Of a DNA stretch of 64,000 nt, positions 20,523-30,638 are shown piece by piece; position 1 is the stretch's first letter; each line of letters begins with the position of its first letter. Below the pieces are notes generated by a model that was given only the letters and a program-made list of their open reading frames with translations, did not search any database and had not been told where the DNA came from. Location of the stretch: the NCBI GenBank assembly GCA_965249135.1, contig OZ252220.1, positions 1,536,001 to 1,600,000 of the forward strand. Direction: 5' to 3'. The stretch is from Alphaproteobacteria bacterium (GTDB lineage: Bacteria; Pseudomonadota; Alphaproteobacteria; GCA-2746255). The position numbers and the translations under genes are program-made.

Positions 20523-21491
20523 ATGAGCCTTGCCGTCGCCATCCAGATGGACCCCATGGAGAGGATCGACATCGAAGCGGACAGCACCTTCGCGCTGGCG
20601 ATCGAGGCCAAGCGGCGTGGGCACGCCCTTTTTCATTACCTGCCCCAGGACCTCACCTTCCGCCATGGACGGGTGCTCGCCAAGGCGCATCCGATGAGCG
20701 TGCGCCAAGAAAAGGGAAACCACTTCACGTTCGGTGCGAGGCAGTCGATCGACCTTGCCGCCGTCGACGTCGTGCTGATGCGTCAGGACCCGCCTTTCGA
20801 CATGGCCTACATCACGGCAACGCATCTGCTCGAACATTTGATGGAAACAACCTTAATCGTGAATGATCCGGTTGAGGTGCGAAACGCGCCGGAGAAATTG
20901 TTCGTTACGCACTTTGCCAAACTGATGCCGCCCACGCTGATTACGTCGGATCGCGAGGAAATTCTTTCGTTCCGAAAAGAGTACGGCGACATCGTGCTGA
21001 AGCCGCTGTTCGGAAATGGCGGGCGCGGCGTGTTTCACGTATCGCCGGAAGACGAAAACCTGAACGCGCTGCTTGAACTGTTCACCGACCTTTACCTCGA
21101 GCCGATTGTCGTTCAGCGTTACCTTCCGGAAGTACGCGACGGGGACAAACGAATCATTCTCGTCGAAGGTAAGGCCGTGGGCGCGATCAACCGCATACCG
21201 CCGCCCGGTGAGGCGCGTTCAAATCTGCATGTCGGTGGCAAAGCAAAAAAGACGACGCTAAATGCTCACGACCATCTCATCTGCGAATCGATTGGCGAGT
21301 CGTTAAGGGAACGAGGCCTCATCTTCGTAGGCATCGACGTCATTGGGAAATGTATCACGGAGATCAATGTAACTTCGCCGACCGGCATTTGTGAAATCGA
21401 TCGCTTCGATAACATTTGCGTCGAAGAAAAAATCTGGGACGCGATCGAGGTGCGTCACGCCGCCATGCGCGGCGATGGGCGAATGGAATGA
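20523..21491 (+). CDS. gshB: Glutathione synthetase
   Basis: QMDP, MRQDPPFD, NAPEK, KPLFGNGG, TEINVTSPTG. Confidence 0.97.
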   Translation: MSLAVAIQMDPMERIDIEADSTFALAIEAKRRGHALFHYLPQDLTFRHGRVLAKAHPMSVRQEKGNHFTFGARQSIDLAAVDVVLMRQDPPFDMAYITATHLLEHLMETTLIVNDPVEVRNAPEKLFVTHFAKLMPPTLITSDREEILSFRKEYGDIVLKPLFGNGGRGVFHVSPEDENLNALLELFTDLYLEPIVVQRYLPEVRDGDKRIILVEGKAVGAINRIPPPGEARSNLHVGGKAKKTTLNAHDHLICESIGESLRERGLIFVGIDVIGKCITEINVTSPTGICEIDRFDNICVEEKIWDAIEVRHAAMRGDGRME

Positions 21492-21515
21492 GTAAAGGCA
21501 TGGGAGGAAAGGTGA

Positions 21516-23060
21516 ATGGTCGCGCGGATTGCCACCGTCGCGTTCACCGGCATTGACGTAAAGGAAGTCGATGTCCAGGTGCGGGTCGCGAACGGCCTGC
21601 CAGCCTTCACGATCGTGGGCCTGGCGGACAAGGCGGTGGCCGAATCCCGGGAACGCGTGCGGGCCGCCCTTGAATCGATGGGGCTTTCGCTTCCCTCCAA
21701 ACGGATCACCGTGAACCTGGCGCCGGCCGATTTGCTGAAGGAGGGGAGCCACTTCGACCTGCCCATCGCGCTCGCACTTCTTGCCGCGATGGGCGTGCTG
21801 GCGACAGACGAGATCGCCGAGTATTTCGCCATGGGCGAGCTTTCCCTCGATGGGGGCTTAAGCGCCGTCTCCGGCGTGCTGCCGGCGACGATCGAGGCTT
21901 CCGCGAAGGGGCGCGGCTTCATCTGTCCGGAAGTTTGCGGGCCGGAAGCGGCCTGGGCGGAAGGGGTCGAGGTGCTGGCGGCGCCCAACCTGCTTGCGCT
22001 CGTCAACCACTTCAAGGGCAGCCAGGTCCTCACCCAGCCGGTGCCGGAGCTGGCCGAGGAGGTGGAGGGCTATCTCGATTTGGCGGACGTGAAGGGCCAG
22101 GAAACCGCGAAGCGGGCGCTCGAAATCACCGCCGCCGGCGGCCACAATCTTCTCATGATCGGTCCACCGGGAGCCGGGAAATCCCTGCTAGCCCAACGGC
22201 TTCCCGGTCTGCTGCCGGCGCTGGATGCGCGCGAGGCGCTTGAGGTCAGCATGATCCGGAGCGTCGCCGGCAAGCTCAAAGGAAAGCGTCTTTCGAAGCG
22301 CCGTCCCTTCCGGGACCCCCACCATTCCGCCTCCTTGCCGGCACTCGTCGGCGGCGGCGCGAAGGCAAGGCCCGGCGAGGTGTCGCTCGCCCATCACGGG
22401 GTCCTGTTCCTGGACGAGCTTCCGGAATTCTCCCGCCAGACCCTGGAGGCGCTTCGCCAGCCCCTCGAGGCGGGCCGGGTAAGCATCGCGCGCGCCAATG
22501 CGCATGTGACCTATCCGGCCCGGGTCCAGCTGGTGGCGGCGATGAACCCCTGCCGCTGCGGCTATTTCGGGGACCCGACCCAGGATTGTGGGCGGGCGCC
22601 GAAATGCGCGGTCGACTATCAGGCGAAGATCTCGGGGCCCTTGTTCGACCGCATCGACCTTCACGTCGACGTAGCCGCCGTAGCACCGGACGATCTTACC
22701 TTGGCGTCTGCTACGGAAACTTCCCAAGTCGTGCGCGCCCGCGTCATTGCCGCCCGGGCCTTGCAGGCGGACCGCTACGCGCGGCTGGCGCCGAAGGCGA
22801 GCCTTCGCGTGAACGCGGAAGCCGATGGCGAGCTTCTGGAAGAAGTAGCGCATCCCGGTGCTGAAGGCCAGGCGCTGCTTAGCGAGGCGGTGGAGAAAAT
22901 GAAGCTCACGGCGCGCGGTTATCACCGGATCCTGCGTGTCGCCCGCACGCTCGCCGATCTCGAAGGAAGCGAGCGCGTGAACCGTCTGCACGTGGCCGAG
23001 GCGCTCACCTTCCGGCGCGTCGTGCCGGGAAGAAGCCCGCTTCGCGTTACGGCAGGCTGA
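21516..23060 (+). CDS. comM: YifB/ComM Mg-chelatase-like AAA+ helicase
   Basis: NLAPADLLKEGSHFDLPIAL, GPPGAGKS, FLDELPEF, AAMNPCRCG, ARTLADL. Confidence 0.92.
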   Translation: MVARIATVAFTGIDVKEVDVQVRVANGLPAFTIVGLADKAVAESRERVRAALESMGLSLPSKRITVNLAPADLLKEGSHFDLPIALALLAAMGVLATDEIAEYFAMGELSLDGGLSAVSGVLPATIEASAKGRGFICPEVCGPEAAWAEGVEVLAAPNLLALVNHFKGSQVLTQPVPELAEEVEGYLDLADVKGQETAKRALEITAAGGHNLLMIGPPGAGKSLLAQRLPGLLPALDAREALEVSMIRSVAGKLKGKRLSKRRPFRDPHHSASLPALVGGGAKARPGEVSLAHHGVLFLDELPEFSRQTLEALRQPLEAGRVSIARANAHVTYPARVQLVAAMNPCRCGYFGDPTQDCGRAPKCAVDYQAKISGPLFDRIDLHVDVAAVAPDDLTLASATETSQVVRARVIAARALQADRYARLAPKASLRVNAEADGELLEEVAHPGAEGQALLSEAVEKMKLTARGYHRILRVARTLADLEGSERVNRLHVAEALTFRRVVPGRSPLRVTAG

Positions 23061-23406
23061 TCATCCGCCCCAGTTTCGCGCCGGCGAAAATATGGACGTG
23101 AAAGTGCGGCACTTCCTGGTGCGCGTTCGCTCCGTGATTGGCAAGGATGCGGTAGCCGTCCGCTTCCGTGCCAAGCTCGCGCGCGATACGACCGACGGCG
23201 CGGAAAAAGCCGGCGATCTCGTCTGCGCTAGCATTGGAAGAAAAATCCGCTAGCGAGACGTATTCGCCCTTCGGAATGACCAGCACATGGACCGGCGCCT
23301 GGGGGTTGATGTCGCGAAAGGCCAGCACGCGCTCGTCCTCAAAGACCTTGTCGCAAGGGATCTCACCACGAAGGATCTTGGCAAACACGTTTTCCGGATC
23401 GTACAT
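23047..23406 (-). CDS. Histidine-triad nucleotide-binding protein (HinT-like)
   Basis: FAKILRGEIP, QEVPHFHVHI HIT motif. Confidence 0.93.
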   Translation of the reverse strand: MYDPENVFAKILRGEIPCDKVFEDERVLAFRDINPQAPVHVLVIPKGEYVSLADFSSNASADEIAGFFRAVGRIARELGTEADGYRILANHGANAHQEVPHFHVHIFAGAKLGRMISLP

Positions 23407-23433
23407 GGCTTTCCCTCCTTGCCCCCTTCGGCC

Positions 23434-23766
23434 TCAGTTTTTCCGCGCCTTCTTCTCTTCGATGCCCGAAATCCCTTCCCGGCGTCGAAGTTCCTCGAAG
23501 ACATCCTTGAGTTTCACCTCTTTTGCCGCCAGCAACGCAAGCAGGTGATAGAGGAGGTCCGCGCTTTCGTGGACGAGTTCGGCGCGCTCGCCCTTCATGG
23601 CGGCATCGATCGTTTCCGCCGTCTCTTCGCTCAGTTTTTCGGCGATTTTTTCGACGCCGGCCTCGAAGAGTTCTGCCGTGTAGGAGGTGTTCGGATCGCC
23701 CCCTTTGCGGCTTTCGATCACCGCGAAAAGTCGGGAAAGGACCGCTTCTTTCTCAGCATCCGTCAT
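23434..23766 (-). CDS. hisE: Phosphoribosyl-ATP diphosphatase
   Basis: SYTAELF, ESADLLYH, RREGISGIEEK. Confidence 0.95.
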   Translation of the reverse strand: MTDAEKEAVLSRLFAVIESRKGGDPNTSYTAELFEAGVEKIAEKLSEETAETIDAAMKGERAELVHESADLLYHLLALLAAKEVKLKDVFEELRRREGISGIEEKKARKN

Positions 23767-23831
23767 GAAAGAACCCTTCGGGCCTTAGAGGTTGGAAACA
23801 ACATTTTCCCTAGCAGATATGGCGTGGGCTG

Positions 23832-24602
23832 TCATGGCAGTCGCACCTGGCGGACCGGAATCCCGGCCGCCGCCAGATGCGCCTTCGCATTGCGAACCGA
23901 ATACTCGCCGAAATGAAAGACGGACGCCGCCAGCAGACCCCAGGCGTGGCCGTCGCGAACCCCTTCGACGAAATGGTCGAGATTGCCGACGCCCCCTGAG
24001 GCAATGATGGGAATTTGGATCGCATCCGCGACTTGGCGCGTGAGCGCGATCTCGAAGCCCTGGCGCGTGCCGTCCCGGTCCATCGAGGTGAGCAGAATCT
24101 CGCCAGCACCCGCATCCGCCATCCGCCTTGCCCATTCGACGGCATCGATCCCGGTGGCCTTTCTTCCGCCATGGGTGAAAATCTCGTAACGGCCGGAAGG
24201 GGCGCGCTTCGCATCCACCGCGACGACGATGCATTGGGTGCCGAAGCGCATCGCCGCTTTTGAGACGAATTCCGGCTTGGCGACGGCGGCGGTGTTGATG
24301 GAGACCTTATCGGCGCCGGCGAGCAGCAACCGGCGGATGTCGTCCGTCGTCCGGACCCCGCCGCCCACCGTAAGCGGCATGAAGCAACGCTCCGCCGTGC
24401 CGGCGACGACGTCATAGATCGTTTCGCGGTTCTCGTTCGAGGCGGTGATATCGAGAAAGCAAAGTTCGTCCGCCTCTTCGCGATCGTAGATCGCCGCCTG
24501 TTCGACCGGATCGCCTGCATCCTTCAAATCGACGAAGTTGACGCCCTTGACGACGCGGCCGTCCTTGACGTCGAGACAGGGGATGATGCGCGCCTTAAGC
24601 AT
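23832..24602 (-). CDS. hisF: Imidazole glycerol phosphate synthase cyclase subunit
   Basis: [28 protein letters not shown]; ATG 24602 overlaps the hisA stop. Confidence 0.97.
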   Translation of the reverse strand: MLKARIIPCLDVKDGRVVKGVNFVDLKDAGDPVEQAAIYDREEADELCFLDITASNENRETIYDVVAGTAERCFMPLTVGGGVRTTDDIRRLLLAGADKVSINTAAVAKPEFVSKAAMRFGTQCIVVAVDAKRAPSGRYEIFTHGGRKATGIDAVEWARRMADAGAGEILLTSMDRDGTRQGFEIALTRQVADAIQIPIIASGGVGNLDHFVEGVRDGHAWGLLAASVFHFGEYSVRNAKAHLAAAGIPVRQVRLP

Positions 24603-25329
24603 CCAAGCCGCTCGCGATTCGAAGGCAGGCCTTGGGATCGAGCGCGCCATCGTAGAGGGCGCGGCCCAGGATGACACCGGCGATCCCGCTTGGCTCAAGC
24701 GCCTTCAGCGCGCGCACATCCTCAAGCGAGGCGACGCCTCCCGATGCGATCACCGGGATCTCAAGCACTTCGGCAAGCGCTTTCGTCGCCTCAAGGTTCG
24801 GCCCCCGCATCGTGCCGTCGCGCTGAATGTCCGTATAGATGATCGCCGAAACGCGCGCGTCCTCGTAACGGCGCGCAAGATCGAGTGCTTCCACCTCGGT
24901 CGCTTCCGTCCAGCCTTTTGTCGCCACGCGCCCCTGCCAGGCGTCGATCCCGACGGCGACTTGGCCGGGGAAACGGTTCGCCGCCTCAAGGGCGAGGGCC
25001 GGTTGCTCAAGCGCGATCGTGCCGAGGACGACACGGGCGACGCCGGCTTCGAGCCAGCCTTCGATCGCTCTCAAGTCCCGGATCCCGCCCCCCAGTTGTA
25101 TGGGCAGGCCCACCGCCTTCAGGATCTTACGCACGGCTTTCTTGTTCACCGACTTGCCCGCCACCGCCCCGTCGAGATCGACGACATGGAGCCACGGAAA
25201 GCCGGTGGCTTCGAAACTCATGGCCTGGGCCGCCGGGTCATCGTTGAAGCGCATGACCTTTTCCATGTCGCCCTGCCACAGGCGTACGCAGGCGCCATCT
25301 TTTAAGTCGATCGCCGGGTAGAGGATCAT
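24595..25329 (-). CDS. hisA: ProFAR isomerase
   Basis: [30 protein letters not shown]. Confidence 0.97.
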   Translation of the reverse strand: MILYPAIDLKDGACVRLWQGDMEKVMRFNDDPAAQAMSFEATGFPWLHVVDLDGAVAGKSVNKKAVRKILKAVGLPIQLGGGIRDLRAIEGWLEAGVARVVLGTIALEQPALALEAANRFPGQVAVGIDAWQGRVATKGWTEATEVEALDLARRYEDARVSAIIYTDIQRDGTMRGPNLEATKALAEVLEIPVIASGGVASLEDVRALKALEPSGIAGVILGRALYDGALDPKACLRIASGLDA

Positions 25330-25332
25330 CGC

Positions 25333-25977
25333 CTAAGGCCGCCAGCAAAGGAAGTTGGCCAGCAGGCGAAGGCCTACCCGCTGGCTCTTCTCCGGGTGAA
25401 ACTGGGTGCCGGCCAGATTGTCCCGTCCCACGGCGGCGGTGATCGGACCGCCATAATCGACGCTTGCCAGCAGATCGTTCCCATGGGCCGGCTTAAGCGT
25501 GAAGCTGTGCACGAAATAGGCATGCGCGCCTTCCGGGATCCCCTTGAAGAGGGGGTGGTCCGGCGCCTCGAAGGCAAGCTCGTTCCAGCCCATATGGGGC
25601 ACCTTCAGTCCCTTCTCTCTTGGCTTCACCGGCACGGCTTCGCCTTCGATCCAGCCGAAACCCGGATAGACCCCATGCTCATGGCTGCGGTCCGCCATCA
25701 GCTGCATGCCGACGCAGATACCGAGAAAGGGGCGTCGCTTGGCGAGGGCGACTTCACGCAACGCGTCCTCCATGCCCTCTAGCCGGCCAAGCCCCTGCCG
25801 GCAGTCCGCGAAGGCGCCGACGCCCGGAAGGACGACGTGGCTTGCGCGTGTGACCGCGTCCGCCTTCGAGGTGACCTCGATGGTGAGGTCCAACGCTTCC
25901 TCGCGGGCCGCCGCCTCGAGAGCCTTCGCCACCGAACGCAGATTGCCGGAGCCATAGTCGATGATGGCAACGCTCAT
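25333..25977 (-). CDS. hisH: Imidazole glycerol phosphate synthase glutaminase subunit
   Basis: DYGSGNL, PGVGAF, GICVGMQ, QFHPEKS. Confidence 0.97.
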   Translation of the reverse strand: MSVAIIDYGSGNLRSVAKALEAAAREEALDLTIEVTSKADAVTRASHVVLPGVGAFADCRQGLGRLEGMEDALREVALAKRRPFLGICVGMQLMADRSHEHGVYPGFGWIEGEAVPVKPREKGLKVPHMGWNELAFEAPDHPLFKGIPEGAHAYFVHSFTLKPAHGNDLLASVDYGGPITAAVGRDNLAGTQFHPEKSQRVGLRLLANFLCWRP

Positions 25978-26345
25978 AAGGCGTGATCGTAATAACGGCG
26001 CACCGCCGCTTCGCGGCTTTCTCCGCTTACCAGGTCCGTGAATGCGTAGCCCCTGGATTTAAGGGAATGCCGCCGCCAGTCGTTCGCGAGGAAACCGACG
26101 ATGAGCAGGTAGCCAAGAAGGACACCCGCGCGCGCAAACGCATCGACGCCGAGCGCCGCGAGCCCGCCATCCAAGGCGAGTTCGGTGGCAATCAATGCGA
26201 TGCCGATAAACCACATCCGGTTCCAAAACGCCCAGAAGCCGGTGAAGAAGAAGGCCGGCCACGCGAAGGCTTCCTTCACGAAGACGGTCTCTGCTTCGCC
26301 TCCCTCATGGGCGGGCACGAACCGATGGACCGTATAGATTGCCAT
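25974..26345 (-). CDS. DUF2628-family membrane protein
   Basis: [18 protein letters not shown]; usual position between hisB and hisH. Confidence 0.8.
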   Translation of the reverse strand: MAIYTVHRFVPAHEGGEAETVFVKEAFAWPAFFFTGFWAFWNRMWFIGIALIATELALDGGLAALGVDAFARAGVLLGYLLIVGFLANDWRRHSLKSRGYAFTDLVSGESREAAVRRYYDHAL

Positions 26346-26370
26346 CGCCAATCAACCTTGCTTACGTAAT

Positions 26371-26970
26371 TTAAAGTGAACCGCCGAGGACGCCCTTCGT
26401 GGACGGTACCTCGTCCGATTGTCGAGGGTCGATGGCAATCGCCATACGCAGCGCGCGCGCGACCCCCTTAAAACACGACTCAATAATATGGTGCGTGTTT
26501 TCTCCATAGAGGTTCTCGATATGAAGCGTGATGCCGGCGGCTTGCGCGAACGCCTGAAACCATTCCTTGAAAAGCTCCACGTCCATCTCGCCCAATTTCG
26601 AGTGATCGAGTTTCACCTTCCAAATCAGATAGGGCCGCATGGAGGCGTCCAAAACTACACGGGTCAGTGTCTCGTCCATCGGGATGGTGGCGGCGCCGTA
26701 ACGGACGATGCCGCGGCGTTCGCCAAGGGCTTCGCCTACCGCCTGACCGATCGCAATGCCGGTATCTTCCGTCGTGTGATGTCCGTCGATGCGCAAATCG
26801 CCTTCGGCCCGTATTTTCAGATCGATCAGGCTGTGGCGGGAAAGCTGCTCCAGCATGTGATCGAGGAAGCCGATGCCGGTCGCCACGTCGTAGGTTCCCG
26901 TGCCGTCCAGGTCGATTTCGACCTGGATCCGCGTCTCCTTCGTTTTGCGCTCGACGCATGCTTGCCGCAT
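26371..26970 (-). CDS. hisB: Imidazoleglycerol-phosphate dehydratase
   Basis: [34 protein letters not shown]. Confidence 0.97.
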   Translation of the reverse strand: MRQACVERKTKETRIQVEIDLDGTGTYDVATGIGFLDHMLEQLSRHSLIDLKIRAEGDLRIDGHHTTEDTGIAIGQAVGEALGERRGIVRYGAATIPMDETLTRVVLDASMRPYLIWKVKLDHSKLGEMDVELFKEWFQAFAQAAGITLHIENLYGENTHHIIESCFKGVARALRMAIAIDPRQSDEVPSTKGVLGGSL

Positions 26971-27067
26971 GGCCCGCGTCCTCTCATGGGTCCGATTCGC
27001 GCCGTTCTACCAAGATCCAGGAGAAACCGCCAGCCTTCCCGCCTTAAAGCCTTGGGCCACGGTGATC

Positions 27068-27095
27068 CTTGACCTGGGTTGCCGATTCCCCACAT
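27068..27095 (+). promoter_or_regulatory. Putative RpoH promoter of hslVU
   Basis: CTTG-N17-CCCACAT, 54 bp upstream of hslV. Confidence 0.7.
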
Positions 27096-27149
27096 CCTTG
27101 AGAGACGCCACCCCGCCCACCCCAACCCTTTGCCCTACGCCAAGGAACG

Positions 27150-27698
27150 ATGGCCGAAAGCGACGCGAAGACCTGGCACGGGACGACCATCCTCTGCGTA
27201 CAGAAGGACGGCAAAACCGTCATCGCCGGCGACGGCCAGGTGAGCCTCGGCGATACCGTCGTCAAGACGACCGCCAAGAAGGTCCGCCGTCTCGCCGACG
27301 GCTCGGTGATCGCCGGCTTCGCGGGTGCGACGGCGGATGCGTTTACCCTTTTCGAGCGGCTCGAGTCGCGCCTCGAGCAGCACCCCGGCCAGCTGACCCG
27401 GGCGGCCGTCGAAATGGCGAAGGACTGGCGGACGGACCGTTACTTGCGGCGACTCGAGGCGATGATGGCGGTGGCCGACAAGGACGTGGCACTTGTGCTT
27501 TCCGGTACCGGCGACGTGCTGGAGACCGACGACGGGTTGATCGGCATCGGCTCCGGCGGCAATTACGCGCTCGCCGCGGCGCGGGCGCTGATGGAGGTCT
27601 CGAAGATGGACGCCGAGGCGATCGCAAGGGCCGCGATGGAAATCGCCGCCGGGATCTGCGTCTACACGAACACCGAACTCACCATCGAGACGATTTAG
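27150..27698 (+). CDS. hslV: ATP-dependent protease subunit HslV
   Basis: HGTTIL (catalytic Thr), [22 protein letters not shown]. Confidence 0.98.
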   Translation: MAESDAKTWHGTTILCVQKDGKTVIAGDGQVSLGDTVVKTTAKKVRRLADGSVIAGFAGATADAFTLFERLESRLEQHPGQLTRAAVEMAKDWRTDRYLRRLEAMMAVADKDVALVLSGTGDVLETDDGLIGIGSGGNYALAAARALMEVSKMDAEAIARAAMEIAAGICVYTNTELTIETI

Positions 27699-27701
27699 GC
27701 G

Positions 27702-29024
27702 ATGAACGCCGGGCGTGCCTTCTTCTCTCCCCGCGAGATCGTCTCCGAGCTTGACCGTTACATTGTCGGGCAGAACGATGCGAAGCGCGCCGTCGCGATT
27801 GCGCTTCGCAACCGCTGGCGCCGCCAGCAATTGCCAGAGGCGTTGCGTGAAGAGGTGTTGCCGAAAAATATTCTGATGATTGGCCCGACCGGCTGCGGCA
27901 AGACGGAAATCGCACGGCGCCTTGCGCGCCTTGCCCAGGCCCCCTTCCTGAAAGTGGAAGCGACGAAATTCACGGAAATTGGGTATGTCGGGCGCGACGT
28001 CGAGCAGATCATTCGCGACCTTCTCGAGACCGCCATCCTGATGACGCGCGAGAGGATGCGCCGCGACGTGGAGGCGAAGGCGGAAGAGCATGCGGAAGAA
28101 CGCCTGCTTAGCTCGCTCGTCGGCGAGGACGCCTCCGTCGAGACCCGCGAAAAGTTCCGGCGCATGCTGCGCTCCGGCGAGCTCGACAACCGCGAGATCG
28201 AAATCGAACTCATGGATCACGGTAGCGCCTCGATGCCGACCATCGAGGTCCCCGGCATGCCGGGCGCTCAGATGGGAATGCTGAATTTAGGCGATATCTT
28301 CGGCAAGGCCTTCGCCGGCGCACGCAAACCCAAGCGCGTGACGATCCCCCAGGCGACGGAAGCCCTTCTCGCCGAGGAAAGCGACAAGCTTCTGGATCAG
28401 GATCGCGTGCTTCGGGACGCGATTTCGGAGACGGAACAGAACGGCATCGTCTTCCTGGATGAAATCGACAAGATCACGGCACGGTCCGACATTCGCGGCG
28501 CGGAAGTAAGCCGCGAGGGCGTGCAGCGCGATCTGTTGCCGTTAATCGAGGGCACGACGGTCGCCACGAAGCACGGGGTCGTGAAGACGGACCATATTCT
28601 TTTCGTAGCGTCGGGCGCGTTTCACTTGGCGAAGCCGGCCGATCTTCTGCCGGAATTGCAGGGAAGGCTTCCCATCCGGGTCGAGTTGAAGGCGCTCACG
28701 AAAGAGGATTTCGTGCGCATCCTCACCGAGCCGGAGGCAAGCCTGGTTACGCAATACCGCGCCCTGCTCGCGACGGAGGAAGTGACGCTCGACTTCACGG
28801 AGGATGCAGTCGCCGAGATCGCCGAGATCGCATCGGAGGTAAACCGGAACGTCGAGAACATCGGCGCACGGCGGCTGCATACGATCATGGAACGGCTGCT
28901 GGAAGAAATCAGCTTCACGGCCACCGACCGGGCAAACGAGGAGATCCGGATCGATGCGGACTATGTCCGCGAGCAGGTAGCCGACCTTGCGAAGGACGCC
29001 GATCTTTCGAAGTTCATTCTTTAA
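27702..29024 (+). CDS. hslU: ATP-dependent protease ATPase HslU
   Basis: [12 protein letters not shown] pore loop, FLDEIDK, DLSKFIL. Confidence 0.98.
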   Translation: MNAGRAFFSPREIVSELDRYIVGQNDAKRAVAIALRNRWRRQQLPEALREEVLPKNILMIGPTGCGKTEIARRLARLAQAPFLKVEATKFTEIGYVGRDVEQIIRDLLETAILMTRERMRRDVEAKAEEHAEERLLSSLVGEDASVETREKFRRMLRSGELDNREIEIELMDHGSASMPTIEVPGMPGAQMGMLNLGDIFGKAFAGARKPKRVTIPQATEALLAEESDKLLDQDRVLRDAISETEQNGIVFLDEIDKITARSDIRGAEVSREGVQRDLLPLIEGTTVATKHGVVKTDHILFVASGAFHLAKPADLLPELQGRLPIRVELKALTKEDFVRILTEPEASLVTQYRALLATEEVTLDFTEDAVAEIAEIASEVNRNVENIGARRLHTIMERLLEEISFTATDRANEEIRIDADYVREQVADLAKDADLSKFIL

Positions 29025-29033
29025 GCGCCGGCC

Positions 29034-29393
29034 TTACTTTTCCTCATCCCGAAGGATGTGAAGCAGACGATCGATCACGGCCTCGGGCAGGTGGCGGATG
29101 CGGCGCGCCAGCCGGTTGGCAAGCTCGGTCGCCTTCGGGTTGAGGCCTGAGGTGTCGACCCTCACCCGGGGGTCCGAAAGGCGGATGAGGGTCTCGAGTT
29201 CCTCCTGTTCTTCCCAACCAAGATCGAAATAGGTGACGATCTGGAGGACCAGCATCCGTCTCGGCCGGCCGCGTTTGCCGTGCTCAAGCGCGGAAAGATA
29301 GGCCGCCGAGATCTGAAGGTCCTCGGCCAAGCGCTTCAGCGTCAACTCGCGCGCGCCGCGAAGCTTGCGCATCTTTGCGCCGAAGGGGGTCAT
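29034..29393 (-). CDS. XRE-family HTH regulator
   Basis: MTPFG start, SAAYLSALEHGKRGRP HTH; ATGA-coupled to smr. Confidence 0.85.
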   Translation of the reverse strand: MTPFGAKMRKLRGARELTLKRLAEDLQISAAYLSALEHGKRGRPRRMLVLQIVTYFDLGWEEQEELETLIRLSDPRVRVDTSGLNPKATELANRLARRIRHLPEAVIDRLLHILRDEEK

Positions 29394-29953
29394 CGACCCG
29401 GCCGCTCCCTTCGAAGACGGACATAAAGCGCACCGCCACCGCCGTCGCGCGCGCGTGCTTCCGAATGGTCGAGCACGATGCCTGCGAGCGGCGTTTCACC
29501 CAACCATCTGGGCACGTTCCTGCGAAGGACGCCGCCGCCTTCCTTGTCTTCCCCCTTGCCGGTGATGACGAGGACCGTTCGTTTGCCCTGCCGGTAGGCG
29601 CGCGGAAGGGTGGCGTTAAGCGTTCGGTGGGCCTGGTCTTGAGTCATGCCGTGAAGGTCGAGCGTCGCATCGATGACGAGTTGGCCGCGTTTCAGTTTTT
29701 GAGCCGAGCGCCGGTCGTGGCCGGTTCCCTTCGCCGCTTCCCTGGCGGGGACGTCCTTAACGCCCGTGCGCGGCGGCGTTTGTTTCTTCGGGGCCGCCTT
29801 CTTCTTCGCGGAGGCGGGCTTCTTCTTTGCGGACTTCTTCACGGATGGCGGTTTTGCGACGCGCTTCTTCGCGCCAAGGGGACGCGTGCCGACCTTCACG
29901 GAACGCCAAAGTTCGTCTTCCGCCGCACCTTCCTTCTTCGAAGAGCCCGTCAT
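29390..29953 (-). CDS. Smr/MutS2-C domain protein
   Basis: LDLHG, VITGKG, VPRWL, GGGGALYV. Confidence 0.9.
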   Translation of the reverse strand: MTGSSKKEGAAEDELWRSVKVGTRPLGAKKRVAKPPSVKKSAKKKPASAKKKAAPKKQTPPRTGVKDVPAREAAKGTGHDRRSAQKLKRGQLVIDATLDLHGMTQDQAHRTLNATLPRAYRQGKRTVLVITGKGEDKEGGGVLRRNVPRWLGETPLAGIVLDHSEARARDGGGGALYVRLRRERPGR

Positions 29954-29954
29954 C

Positions 29955-30638
29955 CTATTCGCTCTCGCTTACATAGATCCGAAGCTCCCTCGGGCCATGG
30001 GCGCCAAGCTGCATTTGCTGTTCGATGTCGGCAGTCCGCGAGGGGCCGGTCACGAACATGGCGGCAGACGGAAGGTTTGGTGTTTCCTCTCTTAAATGCG
30101 TGAAGGCCTCCTCCATCGTGCCGAAGAGGCGGGATAAGGGAAGGAGCACGACATGAAGATCGACAAGCAGGTGGATCGACATCGGGCTTTCGGGGGTTGC
30201 TGCGAGAAGGAGGCTTCCGGTTTCCGCGACGCCTGCCGAAGCGATGGCAAGGCTTACCCGATCCATCCCGCCGGCACGCCCCTTGCGAAGCGTAATCCCG
30301 GCCGCCTCCCAGGGAAGGGCGGCAAGCAAAGGATCGGCGGCGGCAAGCAAACTTTGATCGAGACCCCGCTCGCGAAGCAAAGGAGAAAGCCGTTCCGGCA
30401 AAAGACCCGCAGAAGCGATGCGTTCGGTTTCCGCCTTCGCCTCCGTCGCCATGCGAATGAAAAGCGAAACCCTTTCTTCGCCCGCGCACCTCGCCCTAGC
30501 AGGCAGCGGGTGGACGGGGGGATCCGAAAGACGCGCGTTCACCTCGGCCCGCATGGCTTTGATGCTTTCCTTTGAGGCGGCGCTTCGCTCGAGGCGGTCT
30601 CTAAGGCTGTCCAGGATGGTGGTCCTTGCGTCCGTCAT
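29955..30638 (-). CDS. lutC: LutC/YkgG lactate utilisation protein (LUD domain)
   Basis: AETGSLLL, TGPSRTADIEQ..LGAHGP; ATG 30638 overlaps the lutB stop. Confidence 0.88.
   Translation of the reverse strand: MTDARTTILDSLRDRLERSAASKESIKAMRAEVNARLSDPPVHPLPARARCAGEERVSLFIRMATEAKAETERIASAGLLPERLSPLLRERGLDQSLLAAADPLLAALPWEAAGITLRKGRAGGMDRVSLAIASAGVAETGSLLLAATPESPMSIHLLVDLHVVLLPLSRLFGTMEEAFTHLREETPNLPSAAMFVTGPSRTADIEQQMQLGAHGPRELRIYVSESE

Noticed and set aside
21031-21046. TGTTTCACGT in gshB as a second parS
   Set aside because: Only a half site; the right arm (ATCGCC) does not match.
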